From: Dehalococcoidales bacterium | GTDB taxonomy: Bacteria; Chloroflexota; Dehalococcoidia; Dehalococcoidales; Fen-1064 | Direction of reading: 5' to 3' | Length of the DNA: 64,000 bases | NCBI GenBank assembly: GCA_036396095.1 | Contig: DASWLM010000027.1 | Coordinates: 3,992 to 67,991 of the forward strand | Shown here: positions 47,452 to 57,861 of the stretch, piece by piece | Position numbering within the stretch: position 1 is the stretch's first letter | How the letters are laid out: each line of letters starts with the position of its first letter | The notes under the pieces: model-generated | The model's database searches: none | Told to the model about the DNA's origin: nothing | What the model saw: only the letters and a program-made list of their open reading frames with translations | Made by a program: the position numbers and the translations under genes

Positions 47452-48225
47452 TTACTGCCAGCCTGACCTGGCGCCCGGTCCACCCATCGGCATCGGTCCA
47501 ACGGGCCAGTTGAAACCGCCCACCATCACTTTGTTGATATCTTCAGCGCTGCAAATACCATCCTGGACAAGCTTGAATGCCTCTCTTCTGACGACACCCA
47601 TAAGGCGGTTACCGACGAAGCCGGTGTCACCGGGGACATCCTTAATTAGAGAACAGGTTTTTCCCAGCTTCAGGGTAAGGTCACAGGTTGTTTGAACCAC
47701 GTCTTTTGTCACTTCCGCGGTGTAGATTACTTCCACGGCTTTCATAATGTTTGCCGGGCTGAACCAGTGCATACCCAGGAACCGGTCTTTCCGATTTACT
47801 GCCTTTGCCAGGTCTGCAATGGTGAACATGGAAGTATTGCTGGCGAAAATGGCTTCCTTCTTTACGATTTTGTCCATCTCAGCGAAAACTTTTAACTTGA
47901 GGTCCTTGTTCTCAAGCTCACGACCGCCACCGCCACCGATTGCCTCGAGTAAAAAGTCGACGTTCTTCAAGTCCTCAACTTTAGTGGTGACGGATAATCT
48001 GGCTAGGGCAGCGTCCATTTCCGCTTGGGTCTGCTTGCCACGCTCTACACCACCCTTCAAGCCGAATCTGCCACTGATGATGGTGTTTTTCGTGTTTGCC
48101 AGGATTTCGTCTTTCAGGTCGCGGATAATGACATTGAATCCGGCTAGTATTGCTGTCTGGGCAATACCCCCACCCATAACACCCGCCCCCATGATACCGA
48201 TGGTTTTAATGTCTTTTAGTTCCAT
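47452..48225 (-). CDS. 3-hydroxyacyl-CoA dehydrogenase family protein
   Basis: GAGVMGGGIA, ASNTS, GMHWFSP, GFVGNR. Confidence 0.92.
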   Translation of the reverse strand: MELKDIKTIGIMGAGVMGGGIAQTAILAGFNVIIRDLKDEILANTKNTIISGRFGLKGGVERGKQTQAEMDAALARLSVTTKVEDLKNVDFLLEAIGGGGGRELENKDLKLKVFAEMDKIVKKEAIFASNTSMFTIADLAKAVNRKDRFLGMHWFSPANIMKAVEVIYTAEVTKDVVQTTCDLTLKLGKTCSLIKDVPGDTGFVGNRLMGVVRREAFKLVQDGICSAEDINKVMVGGFNWPVGPMPMGGPGARSGWQ

Positions 48226-48324
48226 AACTGCCTCCTACTTATTTTAATATCGCTACCAGCCAACTATTATATTAGCTTCTCATGTTTTCTGCAAATGGGG
48301 GTCTGCAACTAGCAAGCTATAATT

Positions 48325-48780
48325 CTACTCTGTCATTTTTTGTTTGAGTTTGCCAAGTAAGCTTTCCAGTTGAATGGCACATTCACGGTATGCTTCAATC
48401 CCTGAAACGACGGGGTCGAATATATCGCCCTGCGCTCCGGTGTACTCAGTTAACAGGTGCACCTTTCCCCGCGCATTGGCAAAATTGGTTTCTATATACT
48501 GTTTGTGTGCAGCAGACATTGTCAAAATCAGGTCTGCCCAGTCAACAAGTTCGCCAGTGATAGTCTGCGCCCGGTGAGAACTGATGTCCAGCCCGCGTTC
48601 CGCCATTACTGCCACAGCGTTTTCCATAGCAGGGGCTCCATCGTTGCGAAAAAATGTACCGGCGCTCTTTATTTCCATTTTGTTTTCCGTATCGTGGTAA
48701 TCGCTGACCATCCGTCTGAATATTGCCTCAGCCATCGCACTCCGACACCGATTCGCACTACAAACAAACAGGACTTTCAT
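48325..48780 (-). CDS. Low-molecular-weight protein tyrosine/arginine phosphatase
   Basis: VCSANRCRS P-loop, DP. Confidence 0.9.
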   Translation of the reverse strand: MKVLFVCSANRCRSAMAEAIFRRMVSDYHDTENKMEIKSAGTFFRNDGAPAMENAVAVMAERGLDISSHRAQTITGELVDWADLILTMSAAHKQYIETNFANARGKVHLLTEYTGAQGDIFDPVVSGIEAYRECAIQLESLLGKLKQKMTE

Positions 48781-48801
48781 GTAGGTCTCCTTAATAAAAG
48801 C

Positions 48802-49554
48802 TTATGATTTCTTCCTGTTGTTTATTATTTCACTGTCGAGTTGAATGACAAATGCCTTCATATATTCAACCAGTGGGAAAGCCAAATTCCTCGCGGTCAT
48901 GGTATGCAAGTTAGCATAATAGCGGATCTGTTGGTTAATCTGGTCTGTAATGTAGTTGACAGGCGCTTTTCCTTCATTTGAACTTATTCCGAATTTCTTC
49001 CGAAATTCAACTGATGAAAGTGCCCATGCATCACCTTTGATGTTCAGCGGATTATACTCGGGTAGGTAATACTGGGCGATAAATGCCCTCATTAGTCCTA
49101 CCGCGCCTAAAGCATCTAAGTTATCTCCATCCCGTATGATTTCTAACAACTTGCCTTTATCTCCGAACGCCTGAAGATGTTCCTCCACCTTTGCTGGTGA
49201 TAAACAATGATATTTTATGGCTGTGGCAATATTATCGATTTGTTTTTTTGATAGGTTCGATTTTTCTGCGAGATATTTAACGGCTATTTCAGCCCCGACT
49301 TCGGCGTGTTTGCCCCTATTATCGTTTTTCCGCAAATAGTGTAACCCAATATCATGGAGTAATGCGGCAATCTCAACGATTTCCAAGTCCTGGTAATATT
49401 CCTTTTTAGCAATCCTGAGTGCCCAGTGCCTGACACGGTCAACATGTTTATAATCGTGAGCTATTAACAAATCATTGTTTTGCTCTGCTTTCGAAAAGGT
49501 ATCTTTAACATATTCTTCGACTTGATGAATCAGGTTGTTTTTCACTAGCTCCAC
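48802..49554 (-). CDS. HD-domain protein
   Basis: HDYKHVDRV, LLHDIG, DGDNLDALGA. Confidence 0.85.
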   Translation of the reverse strand: MELVKNNLIHQVEEYVKDTFSKAEQNNDLLIAHDYKHVDRVRHWALRIAKKEYYQDLEIVEIAALLHDIGLHYLRKNDNRGKHAEVGAEIAVKYLAEKSNLSKKQIDNIATAIKYHCLSPAKVEEHLQAFGDKGKLLEIIRDGDNLDALGAVGLMRAFIAQYYLPEYNPLNIKGDAWALSSVEFRKKFGISSNEGKAPVNYITDQINQQIRYYANLHTMTARNLAFPLVEYMKAFVIQLDSEIINNRKKS

Positions 49555-52010
49555 TCCTTGACTTCACTCGTCCAGACACGAGCTAGTTCCTTAACTAGCA
49601 GGGCGTGTTCGGGTTTTGTTAGATGCGGGTCGCGCTCAAAGAGTTTTTCGGCTTCTGTTCGTGCAAGCTCCAGAATCGCTACATCCGTCAGTTTCGCCAT
49701 CTTGAGGTCTGGCAAGCCGCTCTGGCGCGTGCCGAAGAACTCGCCGGGTCCTCTCAGTTTCAGGTCTTCCTCCGCCAGCTTGAAGCCATCGAAAGTTTCC
49801 TCGATTATCTTCAGTCTTTCCCGCCCCACATCCGACGGATTTTCCGAGAGCAGGATACAGTAGCTCTGAGCCGGTCCTCTGCCCACCCGCCCCCGGAACT
49901 GGTGCAGTTGTGCCAGCCCGAAGCGGTCGGCGCTCTCCACCATCATCACAGTGGCGTTGGGGACATCAATGCCGACCTCCACCACTGGCGTGGAGACGAG
50001 AATGTTTAGTGTGCCCTCGTGAAACTCGCGCATAACCTTCTCTTTATCGGCGCTGGACATACGTCCGTGCAGAAGTCCGAGTCGTAAATCGGGGAAAACC
50101 TCTTTTGCCAGACTTTCATATTCGGCGACGGCGGCGCGTGCCTGCACCGCCTCCGATTCCTCAATCAGCGGGCAAATGATGAATGCTTGATGTCTGTCGG
50201 CAATCTCACGGCGGATGAAACGGTAGGCGCTATCTCTCTGGTCGGGTTTGAGCCATTTTGTTTTAATGAGCTGTCTGCCCGGTGGCAGTTCATCGATTAC
50301 GGATAGGTCTAGGTCGCCGTATAATGTCAGGGCAAGGGTGCGGGGGATAGGGGTGGCAGTCATCACCAGCACATGGGGATTGGTGCCCTTCTGGCGGAGT
50401 GAACTGCGCTGTTCTACCCCGAAGCGGTGCTGTTCATCAACGACCGCAAGCCCCAGTTTTTTAAATTCGACTTCTTCTTGAATCAAGGCGTGTGTGCCGA
50501 TGACTATATTCACATTTCCATCGATGATAAGACGGTGAATATCACGTTTCTTCTTCAAAGGTAATGCGCCTGTGAGCAAGGCAACTGTAAGCGGACGGGA
50601 AAGAATGCCGGTATAGCTATAGAGACAGTCTGTCTGTTCCTCGAGTCTACCTGTACGTGAAAGCAATCCGTGCACGGTGGCGAAATGCTGTTCGGCGAGA
50701 ATTTCAGTCGGTGCCATAAAAGCGGTTTGATAATTCTGAGCGACTGCCATCAGGATGGCGGCGGTAGCTACCACAGTTTTGCCGCTGCCCACCTCTCCCT
50801 GGAGCAAGCGGGACATTGCCTGCGGTTTCTCCATATCTGCCAGAATCTCATTGAGTACCCTCTGTTGGGCTTGAGTGAGCTTGAAAGGAAGCGCTTGCAG
50901 GAAATTCTGCAGCATCTTTATATCGATTTTAATGGGGTTGCCCGGCTGGCTTTCCCGCCAGGCACGTTTGCGGCTTAACACTCCTAATTGCAGAAGGAAA
51001 AGCTCGTCAAAAGCGAGCCGTATGCGGGCACGATTGTACAAGGCTCGGTCATCAGGATAATGAGCCTGCGCAATGGCTCCGGGAAGTTCTAATAAACTGC
51101 ATCCGATTTTAATGTTGTCCGGCAGGAAATCATTCACTGAGTCTACCCACCGGTCGACGGTGCTTTTCACCAGGCGGCGTACCACCCTCTGGTAAAGCCC
51201 TTCGGTGAGCGGGTAGACAGGCACAAGCCTGCCGGTGTGAATGAGGTCGCCTTCTTCCGCCGGCTCCCACTCGGGCGATTCAAAGACGAATCTGCCATTG
51301 AATAATCTCACCCGCCCGCTCAAAACGATGCGGGTGTTTGGCTTAAGTGTTCTTGCCACGTAGGGATTATTGAACCAGACAGCGCGGACATTGCCCGTGG
51401 CATCACCGACGATTGCCTCACTGCTTTTTCTGCCGCCGGGATAGCTCACCTGAGCTTCCCAGACATTGGCAATGATAGTTTCTTCTTTTCCTTCGGCAAG
51501 TTGTGAAACCGTCTTTAACTGACTGTAATCAATGTGGCGGGTAGGGAAGAAGTAGAGCATATCACGGATGGTTTTCACGCCAAGTTTGGCGAATCTGGGA
51601 GCGAGACTTGGCCCCAATCCTTTGATAGCAGTCGCCGGCTCATCGAGGGATTTTATGGTAGAGGGCGAGGGCTTTTTAAACTTCGTAACTGGTTGCACTT
51701 TCTTAGGGGCTGGTTGTTTTGGAGGTTTTACGGGTTTTGCCGCTTTACCGCTCTCCAGTTCGTTCATCAGAGTCAGGACGTCTTTCACCCATTCCCTACG
51801 TTGCTGAACGGTCATTTTACGATAATCGGGATTAGACAAACGGAGTGTTTTAAATCGGGTGAGCGTGTTGCGGTCGGTAATAGCGCCTGCAGTGTGGCTG
51901 ACCCAGTTGCGCATGAATTTGTCCAGTCCGCCGATGACTGCTGTATCTGAAAATCCTTTTTTCCGCTCGAGTTCGAGGACTTTGTGCAGAGGCGAGACAT
52001 CGATTAACAA
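49545..52010 (-). CDS. recG: ATP-dependent DNA helicase RecG
   Basis: GEVGSGKT, DEQHRFG, TATPIPR, QFRGRVGR, RGPGE. Confidence 0.97.
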   Translation of the reverse strand: MLIDVSPLHKVLELERKKGFSDTAVIGGLDKFMRNWVSHTAGAITDRNTLTRFKTLRLSNPDYRKMTVQQRREWVKDVLTLMNELESGKAAKPVKPPKQPAPKKVQPVTKFKKPSPSTIKSLDEPATAIKGLGPSLAPRFAKLGVKTIRDMLYFFPTRHIDYSQLKTVSQLAEGKEETIIANVWEAQVSYPGGRKSSEAIVGDATGNVRAVWFNNPYVARTLKPNTRIVLSGRVRLFNGRFVFESPEWEPAEEGDLIHTGRLVPVYPLTEGLYQRVVRRLVKSTVDRWVDSVNDFLPDNIKIGCSLLELPGAIAQAHYPDDRALYNRARIRLAFDELFLLQLGVLSRKRAWRESQPGNPIKIDIKMLQNFLQALPFKLTQAQQRVLNEILADMEKPQAMSRLLQGEVGSGKTVVATAAILMAVAQNYQTAFMAPTEILAEQHFATVHGLLSRTGRLEEQTDCLYSYTGILSRPLTVALLTGALPLKKKRDIHRLIIDGNVNIVIGTHALIQEEVEFKKLGLAVVDEQHRFGVEQRSSLRQKGTNPHVLVMTATPIPRTLALTLYGDLDLSVIDELPPGRQLIKTKWLKPDQRDSAYRFIRREIADRHQAFIICPLIEESEAVQARAAVAEYESLAKEVFPDLRLGLLHGRMSSADKEKVMREFHEGTLNILVSTPVVEVGIDVPNATVMMVESADRFGLAQLHQFRGRVGRGPAQSYCILLSENPSDVGRERLKIIEETFDGFKLAEEDLKLRGPGEFFGTRQSGLPDLKMAKLTDVAILELARTEAEKLFERDPHLTKPEHALLVKELARVWTSEVKEWS

Positions 52011-52032
52011 GGCTTGACCCCTCCAGTCCTAT

Positions 52033-52959
52033 TCACCGGTGGGGCAAATTTACTTTAGGTAGGTGCAATGAAGGAACGTGCATTTTTCTCGCGTTGGATT
52101 GTGATTCATCCTTGTCGCTGGTAGATTTCCTTCTCAAAACTACCGCCAGAAGTCCAGGTCCGGTGTGGACACCCAACGCCGGTGCCAGCCGTGCCAGGTG
52201 AAGTCGACTGGTATCAACAAAAGAACTAAGTCGGTCTTTGAGACTACTGGCTTCATCTAGAGTGGTGGTATGAACTACTGCCAGTTCCTGAATACCCAGC
52301 GCATTTTTGACGAAGTCAGACAATCGTTCTATACCTTTAACTCGCGTTCTCACGTTACCGATGGGATGAAGCTCACCATCACGTAGAGTCAAGAGCGGTT
52401 TCACATTTAGAATACCCCCCAGGAGTGCTTTCGCTTTTCCAATCCGTCCGCCGAGGAGCAGGTACTTCAGTGTATCAAAGAGACCGAGCAGGTGCGTGTT
52501 AGGTATTGCTTGCTTGACCTCATCGGTAATCTTTTGCAGGCTTTCTCCTGATGTCGCTAACCTTGCTGCTGCGAGTACTGTCATACCCAGTCCCATTGTC
52601 GCCGATTCCGAATCGATTACTTTGATATCGCATTTCGTTTCTGCCAGTTCTTTCCCCTGAAGTGCGGAATTGCAGGTGCCGCTGAGCTTGCCGGAGACAT
52701 GGATGGAAACAATTTTATCGGTTTCTTTAGAAAGTTCGCGGTAGACCTGCACGAAATCAGCAGGTGTGGGTTGTGAAGTGGTGGGGTGTACCGGGCTGGT
52801 TACCAGCCTTTCATAGAACTCTTCACGGCTGATATCTATGCCATCACGATAACTTTCATGTCCGAAACGAACGTAAACCGGCACAACGGTAATGCCAAGC
52901 TCCCGGGCAAGTTGAGGTGTAAGGTCGGCAGTGCTATCCGTGACAATCCGAACAGGCAT
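52033..52959 (-). CDS. DegV/FakB fatty-acid-binding protein
   Basis: IVTDSTADL, TSQP, SGT, GGRIG, HTGPG. Confidence 0.93.
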   Translation of the reverse strand: MPVRIVTDSTADLTPQLARELGITVVPVYVRFGHESYRDGIDISREEFYERLVTSPVHPTTSQPTPADFVQVYRELSKETDKIVSIHVSGKLSGTCNSALQGKELAETKCDIKVIDSESATMGLGMTVLAAARLATSGESLQKITDEVKQAIPNTHLLGLFDTLKYLLLGGRIGKAKALLGGILNVKPLLTLRDGELHPIGNVRTRVKGIERLSDFVKNALGIQELAVVHTTTLDEASSLKDRLSSFVDTSRLHLARLAPALGVHTGPGLLAVVLRRKSTSDKDESQSNARKMHVPSLHLPKVNLPHR

Positions 52960-52962
52960 TGG

Positions 52963-53811
52963 TTATTTTCCTTCGGCTTCCAGAACAGTAACGGCGATGG
53001 CATTAGGGCCTCCGTAAACGCCAAGTACCGGACTGACCGCGGACCGCATTATGGGAATTTTAGGATGAGTTTCCGAAAAACGTTTTGCGAGAGTATCGGC
53101 GCCTTCCGTGTCTGTGGAATGCTCAATGCTGACGGATTCGATGTTTGTAAAGCTAGCAATAAAATTGTGCATATATTCTAATCCAGCCGCCCGCGACCGC
53201 AATCGTGTGACCGGTGACATTTCCCCGTCTTTTACAGTTAAGATCGGTTTGAAAGAAAGTACGGAGCCGAGTAATCCTGCCGCTTTGCCGATGCGGCCAC
53301 CCTTGGCGAGGTATTTCAGTGTGTCGAAATATACAATGATATGTGACCGCTTCAATGCCTTATGGGTGAATTCGACGAGTTTGTCTAGGTTCATGCCTTT
53401 CTTCGCCTGCGCCTCAGCGGAAAGCACCACCAGTCCCAATCCTCCCGCTACTGTCCGTGAATCAATCACTTCTACACGGCATTTTTTGTTCTTCATCAGG
53501 TCAATGCCGGCTTTTGCAGACTGATACGTCCCACTGAGTTTAGAGGAAAGTGTGATGGCGAGAATTTCATTTGTTTCCGCAGCGAGCTTGTCATAAGCAT
53601 TAGCAAAGTCCACCGGTGCTGGTTGGGTGCTAGTGGGCAGGGTGGGACCGGCAATAAGGCGGCGGTAGAATTCTTCCGTGGTAATAGTGACACGGTCCAG
53701 AAAGGTTTCATGCCCGAAAAGCACAGTCAGAGGAATAACCGTAATTGCCAGGTCGGCAATATGCTCCTTCGTTAAATCCGAAAGACTATCGGTGACAATC
53801 CTGACCGCCAT
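52963..53811 (-). CDS. DegV/FakB fatty-acid-binding protein
   Basis: IVTDSLSDL, STQP, SGTY, GGRIG. Confidence 0.93.
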   Translation of the reverse strand: MAVRIVTDSLSDLTKEHIADLAITVIPLTVLFGHETFLDRVTITTEEFYRRLIAGPTLPTSTQPAPVDFANAYDKLAAETNEILAITLSSKLSGTYQSAKAGIDLMKNKKCRVEVIDSRTVAGGLGLVVLSAEAQAKKGMNLDKLVEFTHKALKRSHIIVYFDTLKYLAKGGRIGKAAGLLGSVLSFKPILTVKDGEMSPVTRLRSRAAGLEYMHNFIASFTNIESVSIEHSTDTEGADTLAKRFSETHPKIPIMRSAVSPVLGVYGGPNAIAVTVLEAEGK

Positions 53812-53827
53812 CTGCTGGACCTCCTGT

Positions 53828-55465
53828 TTATTCGATTGACACAATATAATTATAGTGAGGTTGATTCCCCTTGATTATCTCCACCTGCAGATGGGGATAC
53901 TTATCGCGGATGGTATTTGCCGCCTTTTCGGCTTCCGCAAGCTGTGTGTCCGCGCCATAGTAGAGGGTGAGAATTTCTTTTTTCTTCAAATTAACTTTAG
54001 CCAGCGTGCTCAGGAGCACATCAATGGTATTGTTACCAGCCGTCACGAGTTCATTATCGAGGAGGCTGATAATTTGCTTCTTCTTAATCTTTAAACCATT
54101 GATTTGAGTTGCCCGTACCGCACGGCAGATTTCGATTGTCTTCACTGAGCTTCGTGCTTGTTTCATCTTTTCGGCATTTGTTTGCATGTCAGCTTCGTAA
54201 TCGAAGGCGAGCAAAGCGGCAACACCCTGGGGAATTGTTTCTGTAGGAATGATTTCAATCGTCTTTTTGGTGAGAGGTTTAACCTGCTCGGCAGTGAGGA
54301 TAATATTCTTATTATTAGGCAGGATAATTACCTTATCTGAGGGGGCTTCTTCAACGGCGGTATAGATGTCCTTTGTGCTGGGGTTCATGGTCTGCCCTCC
54401 GTGAACGATGGTTGTGACACCCAGACTGGAGAAGACCTCGCTCAACCCATCGCCGGCGACTACGGCAACAGTGGCGATATCGGTTGCCATGGACTTTTCT
54501 TTCTGTGAGGCAACAAAATCGCGCTTCTGCTCGTCCATATTGCGGACGGATACCTGATGAATGGTGCCCAGTCCGGTGGCATAGTGAACAATGTTTCCCG
54601 GGTCGAGGGTATGGATGTGGATTCTGACCGTGTGCTCATCACCGACGACAATGAGCGATTCGCCCTTTTTCAGTAGATGAGACTTGATTTTTTCTGTATC
54701 CATGTCGTCGCCCTTTAACATGAGCTCGGTGCAGTACCCATAGGGGACTTCATCGGCAGCAATCATCTCCGGAAGGCGGAGAGTGAGCGGTTCACTGCTT
54801 GTGATAACCTGGGGTTTGCGGAATTGCATCTGTTCGGTCTCTCCCTTGAGGTAGTGTAGAGCGCCTTCAAGAATTGTGTAGAGTCCCTGCCCTCCGGCAT
54901 CCACCACACCCGCCTCTTTAAGAACAGGGAGAAGAGTGGGAGTATTTGCTACCGATTCCCCGGCTGCTTCCAAGGTGGCTTCCATAATGGTGATCACGTC
55001 CTTGCCATTTTTACCACTTGTCTTGACAGCACTGTTGGAGGCATCTTTAATAACGGTCAGGATGGTACCTTCCGTAGGGTTGCTCAGAGCTTTGTAGGCA
55101 ACCTTTGCCGCCCGGCTGAGTGCCTTCGCCAGGTCGGAACCGGAGATGTTTTCCTTCTCCTCAATTTCTTCGGCAATACCGCGCATAATCTGCGAGAGGA
55201 TAACACCGCTATTACCCCGAGCGCCCATCAGTGCGCCTTTAGCAAGCGCCTGAGCAACTCCCGCTGCACTGTGGTCGGGAGCGCGGTACGCTTCCTCAAC
55301 ACTGGAACGCATCGTTAGGAGCATATTGGTACCGGTATCACCATCGGGTACGGGGAAGACGTTGAGGTCGTCTATGTCCGACGCGCTCTTTTCCAACCAG
55401 GCAGTCGCGGCGGCGAACATTTCCCTCAGTTCCTGTCCTGTAATCACATTAACTTTCTTTGTCAT
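53828..55465 (-). CDS. DAK2-domain fatty acid kinase subunit (FakA/YloV)
   Basis: LNVFPVPDGDTGTNM, GARGNSG, YGYCTE, GGQTMNPS. Confidence 0.95.
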   Translation of the reverse strand: MTKKVNVITGQELREMFAAATAWLEKSASDIDDLNVFPVPDGDTGTNMLLTMRSSVEEAYRAPDHSAAGVAQALAKGALMGARGNSGVILSQIMRGIAEEIEEKENISGSDLAKALSRAAKVAYKALSNPTEGTILTVIKDASNSAVKTSGKNGKDVITIMEATLEAAGESVANTPTLLPVLKEAGVVDAGGQGLYTILEGALHYLKGETEQMQFRKPQVITSSEPLTLRLPEMIAADEVPYGYCTELMLKGDDMDTEKIKSHLLKKGESLIVVGDEHTVRIHIHTLDPGNIVHYATGLGTIHQVSVRNMDEQKRDFVASQKEKSMATDIATVAVVAGDGLSEVFSSLGVTTIVHGGQTMNPSTKDIYTAVEEAPSDKVIILPNNKNIILTAEQVKPLTKKTIEIIPTETIPQGVAALLAFDYEADMQTNAEKMKQARSSVKTIEICRAVRATQINGLKIKKKQIISLLDNELVTAGNNTIDVLLSTLAKVNLKKKEILTLYYGADTQLAEAEKAANTIRDKYPHLQVEIIKGNQPHYNYIVSIE

Positions 55466-55627
55466 GGTTTACCTCTATGTGTATTCGGGGGAATAAGATA
55501 ACTGATTATGGTGCTATTAATGGAGTGGCACCATATCACGGGATAGAGAAAGTAAACTTGTGAAGTTCAGCATGCTGTGATAATATAAGATACTGCAAAA
55601 TTAGTAATTCGTCAAGGAGTACCCAGT

Positions 55628-55831
55628 TTGAAGTGCGATTTATGCGGGAAATCCCGCCAGTTCGGTCATAATGTCAGCCATTCTAAACGTCATACCCTCC
55701 GAAGTTGGGACCCTAATGTCCATCCTGCCAAGGTTATGGTTGATGGTAAACTCAAGCGACTCAACATCTGCACCAGGTGTATGCGCACCCTGCACAAGCA
55801 ATCTAATCAACAGCCGGCGAGCGCAAGCTAA
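55628..55831 (+). CDS. rpmB: 50S ribosomal protein L28
   Basis: CDLCGK..GHNVSHS..PN..CTRC. Confidence 0.95.
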   Translation: MKCDLCGKSRQFGHNVSHSKRHTLRSWDPNVHPAKVMVDGKLKRLNICTRCMRTLHKQSNQQPASAS

Positions 55832-56489
55832 CCCGTAATTTTCTAATTGCCTCCTTTATGCTCTCCTGTGAGTTAAATATTGCTGCGCCCGCAACCAGTA
55901 CGGTAGCCCCGGCTTTTACAACCCTCGACGCCGTTTCGGTGTTAATGCCGCCATCAACTTCCAGTTCAGCATTAAGATCTCGCTGGTCAAGCTCCTTCCG
56001 TAAACGCGCAATTTTATTCAATGTGCTTTCAATAAACTTCTGCCCGCTGAATCCCGGGTTAACAGTCATTAATAACACCAGGTCTACTTCCGGTAGGATT
56101 TCGTCAAGGACACTGATTGAAGTCGCCGGGTTGATGGAGATGCCAGCCTTACATCCCGCATCTTTAATCATCTGGACGTCGCGGTGAATGTGAAGACAGG
56201 TCTCCATGTGCACGGTAATAATACTGGCGCCGGCCTTGGCAAACTGGCTAATCTGCTGTTCCGGCGATTCAATCATCAGGTGAACGTCCAGTGGCAGGTC
56301 GGTCCACCTGCGAATGGCGGCGACTACCGGTGCACCGATAGTTATCTGGGGCACGAAACGGCCATCCATAACATCGATGTGGATGTAATCAGCGCCGGCT
56401 TTTGTGGCTTCCTGTACCTGCTCACCGAGGCGAGCGAAATCAGCGGAGAGTATGGATGGGGCAATTTTAATCTTTGAATTCTTCTGCAT
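55803..56489 (-). CDS. rpe: Ribulose-phosphate 3-epimerase
   Basis: APSILSADF, HIDVMDG, DVHLM, VDGG. Confidence 0.96.
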   Translation of the reverse strand: MQKNSKIKIAPSILSADFARLGEQVQEATKAGADYIHIDVMDGRFVPQITIGAPVVAAIRRWTDLPLDVHLMIESPEQQISQFAKAGASIITVHMETCLHIHRDVQMIKDAGCKAGISINPATSISVLDEILPEVDLVLLMTVNPGFSGQKFIESTLNKIARLRKELDQRDLNAELEVDGGINTETASRVVKAGATVLVAGAAIFNSQESIKEAIRKLRVSLRSPAVD

Positions 56490-57861
56490 AATATTCCTTG
56501 AGAATCCTTTTCGCTCTGGCGATTTGTTTTGTCACCTGCGGTTTCGCAGTACCTCCGATATGGTTGCGTGCGGCAATAGACGATTCAACCGTGATACTAT
56601 ATACGTCCTTGTCAAAGAGAGATGAAAACTTCTGATATTCCTTAATCGTAAGTTTGTCCAGCGCTTTACCTTTTTCGATAGCGTAACGCACCAGCTTGCC
56701 GGTCCTTTCATGAGCGCTGCGGAAAGGCTCTCCCTTTTTCACCAGGTAGTCGGCGATATCCGTTGCCAGCATATAATCCTGTTTCGCGACAGATTCAGTT
56801 TTCTCAGTTTTCACGTGGAGACTCTTTAGCATGCCAATGTATACTTCCAGTGTGGAGAGCAGTGTTCCGATAGAATCAAACAAGCCTTCTTTGTCTTCCT
56901 GCATATCGCGGTTGTAGGCGAGGGGAAGTCCTTTCATCGTGGTCAAGAGTGCCATCAGGTTGCCGTACACGCGCCCGGTCTTTCCCCGCGCCAGTTCCGC
57001 CACATCCGGATTCTTTTTCTGTGGCATAATGCTGGAACCGGTGGTAAAAGCATCGTCCAACTCAATAAAATCAAATTCTGCAGACGACCACAGCACAAGT
57101 TCCTCCGATAGTCGGGAAAGGTGCATCATGCAGAGGGCGGCGGCGAATTCATATTCAAGGATGAAATCGCGGTCGCTGACGGCATCGATACTATTTTGAC
57201 TGACCTCATCGAATCCCAGCTCTTTTGCCACGAATTCCCGGTCGATATCGTAGGCGACACCCGCCAGAGCGCCACTACCCAACGGAAGAACACTGGTCCG
57301 GTCCATACAGTCCCAGAATCTGTTAAAATCCCGTTCCAGCATCTCAAAATAAGCAAGTAAATGGTGCGCTAGCAGAATAGGTTGAGCTCTTTGCAGATGC
57401 GTATAACCGGGGATGATAGTATTCTGGTGCTTTCCTGCGAGTTTAATAAGTACATCCTCAAGGTCACGGATAGCATCAGTCGTTATCAGAATGGCACCCA
57501 TGAGAAAGAGTCGTGTGTCGGTGGCTACCTGGTCATTGCGGGAGCGGGCGGTATGGAGCTTCCTTCCGACATCACCTATCTTTTCGATGAGTCGAGCTTC
57601 GATATTCATGTGAATGTCTTCAAGCTCAGGTTTAAAATCGAACTTGTCTTGCTCAATTTCTACCGCAATTGATTCCAATCCTTTTACAATCTGATTCATT
57701 TCTTTTCTGGAAATAATATGCTGTTTTGCCAGCATATGGGCGTGAGCGACACTTGCCAAAACATCAACAGTCCCAAGACGGAAATCAAAATCGATTGACC
57801 GAGTATATTCCTGCGCTGATTTATCGGCAGATTTACTGAAACGACCCCGTATCTGGCTCAT
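56467..57861 (-). CDS. argH: Argininosuccinate lyase
   Basis: HTARSRNDQ, YTHLQRAQP, GSSIMPQKKNPD. Confidence 0.97.
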   Translation of the reverse strand: MSQIRGRFSKSADKSAQEYTRSIDFDFRLGTVDVLASVAHAHMLAKQHIISRKEMNQIVKGLESIAVEIEQDKFDFKPELEDIHMNIEARLIEKIGDVGRKLHTARSRNDQVATDTRLFLMGAILITTDAIRDLEDVLIKLAGKHQNTIIPGYTHLQRAQPILLAHHLLAYFEMLERDFNRFWDCMDRTSVLPLGSGALAGVAYDIDREFVAKELGFDEVSQNSIDAVSDRDFILEYEFAAALCMMHLSRLSEELVLWSSAEFDFIELDDAFTTGSSIMPQKKNPDVAELARGKTGRVYGNLMALLTTMKGLPLAYNRDMQEDKEGLFDSIGTLLSTLEVYIGMLKSLHVKTEKTESVAKQDYMLATDIADYLVKKGEPFRSAHERTGKLVRYAIEKGKALDKLTIKEYQKFSSLFDKDVYSITVESSIAARNHIGGTAKPQVTKQIARAKRILKEYYAEEFKD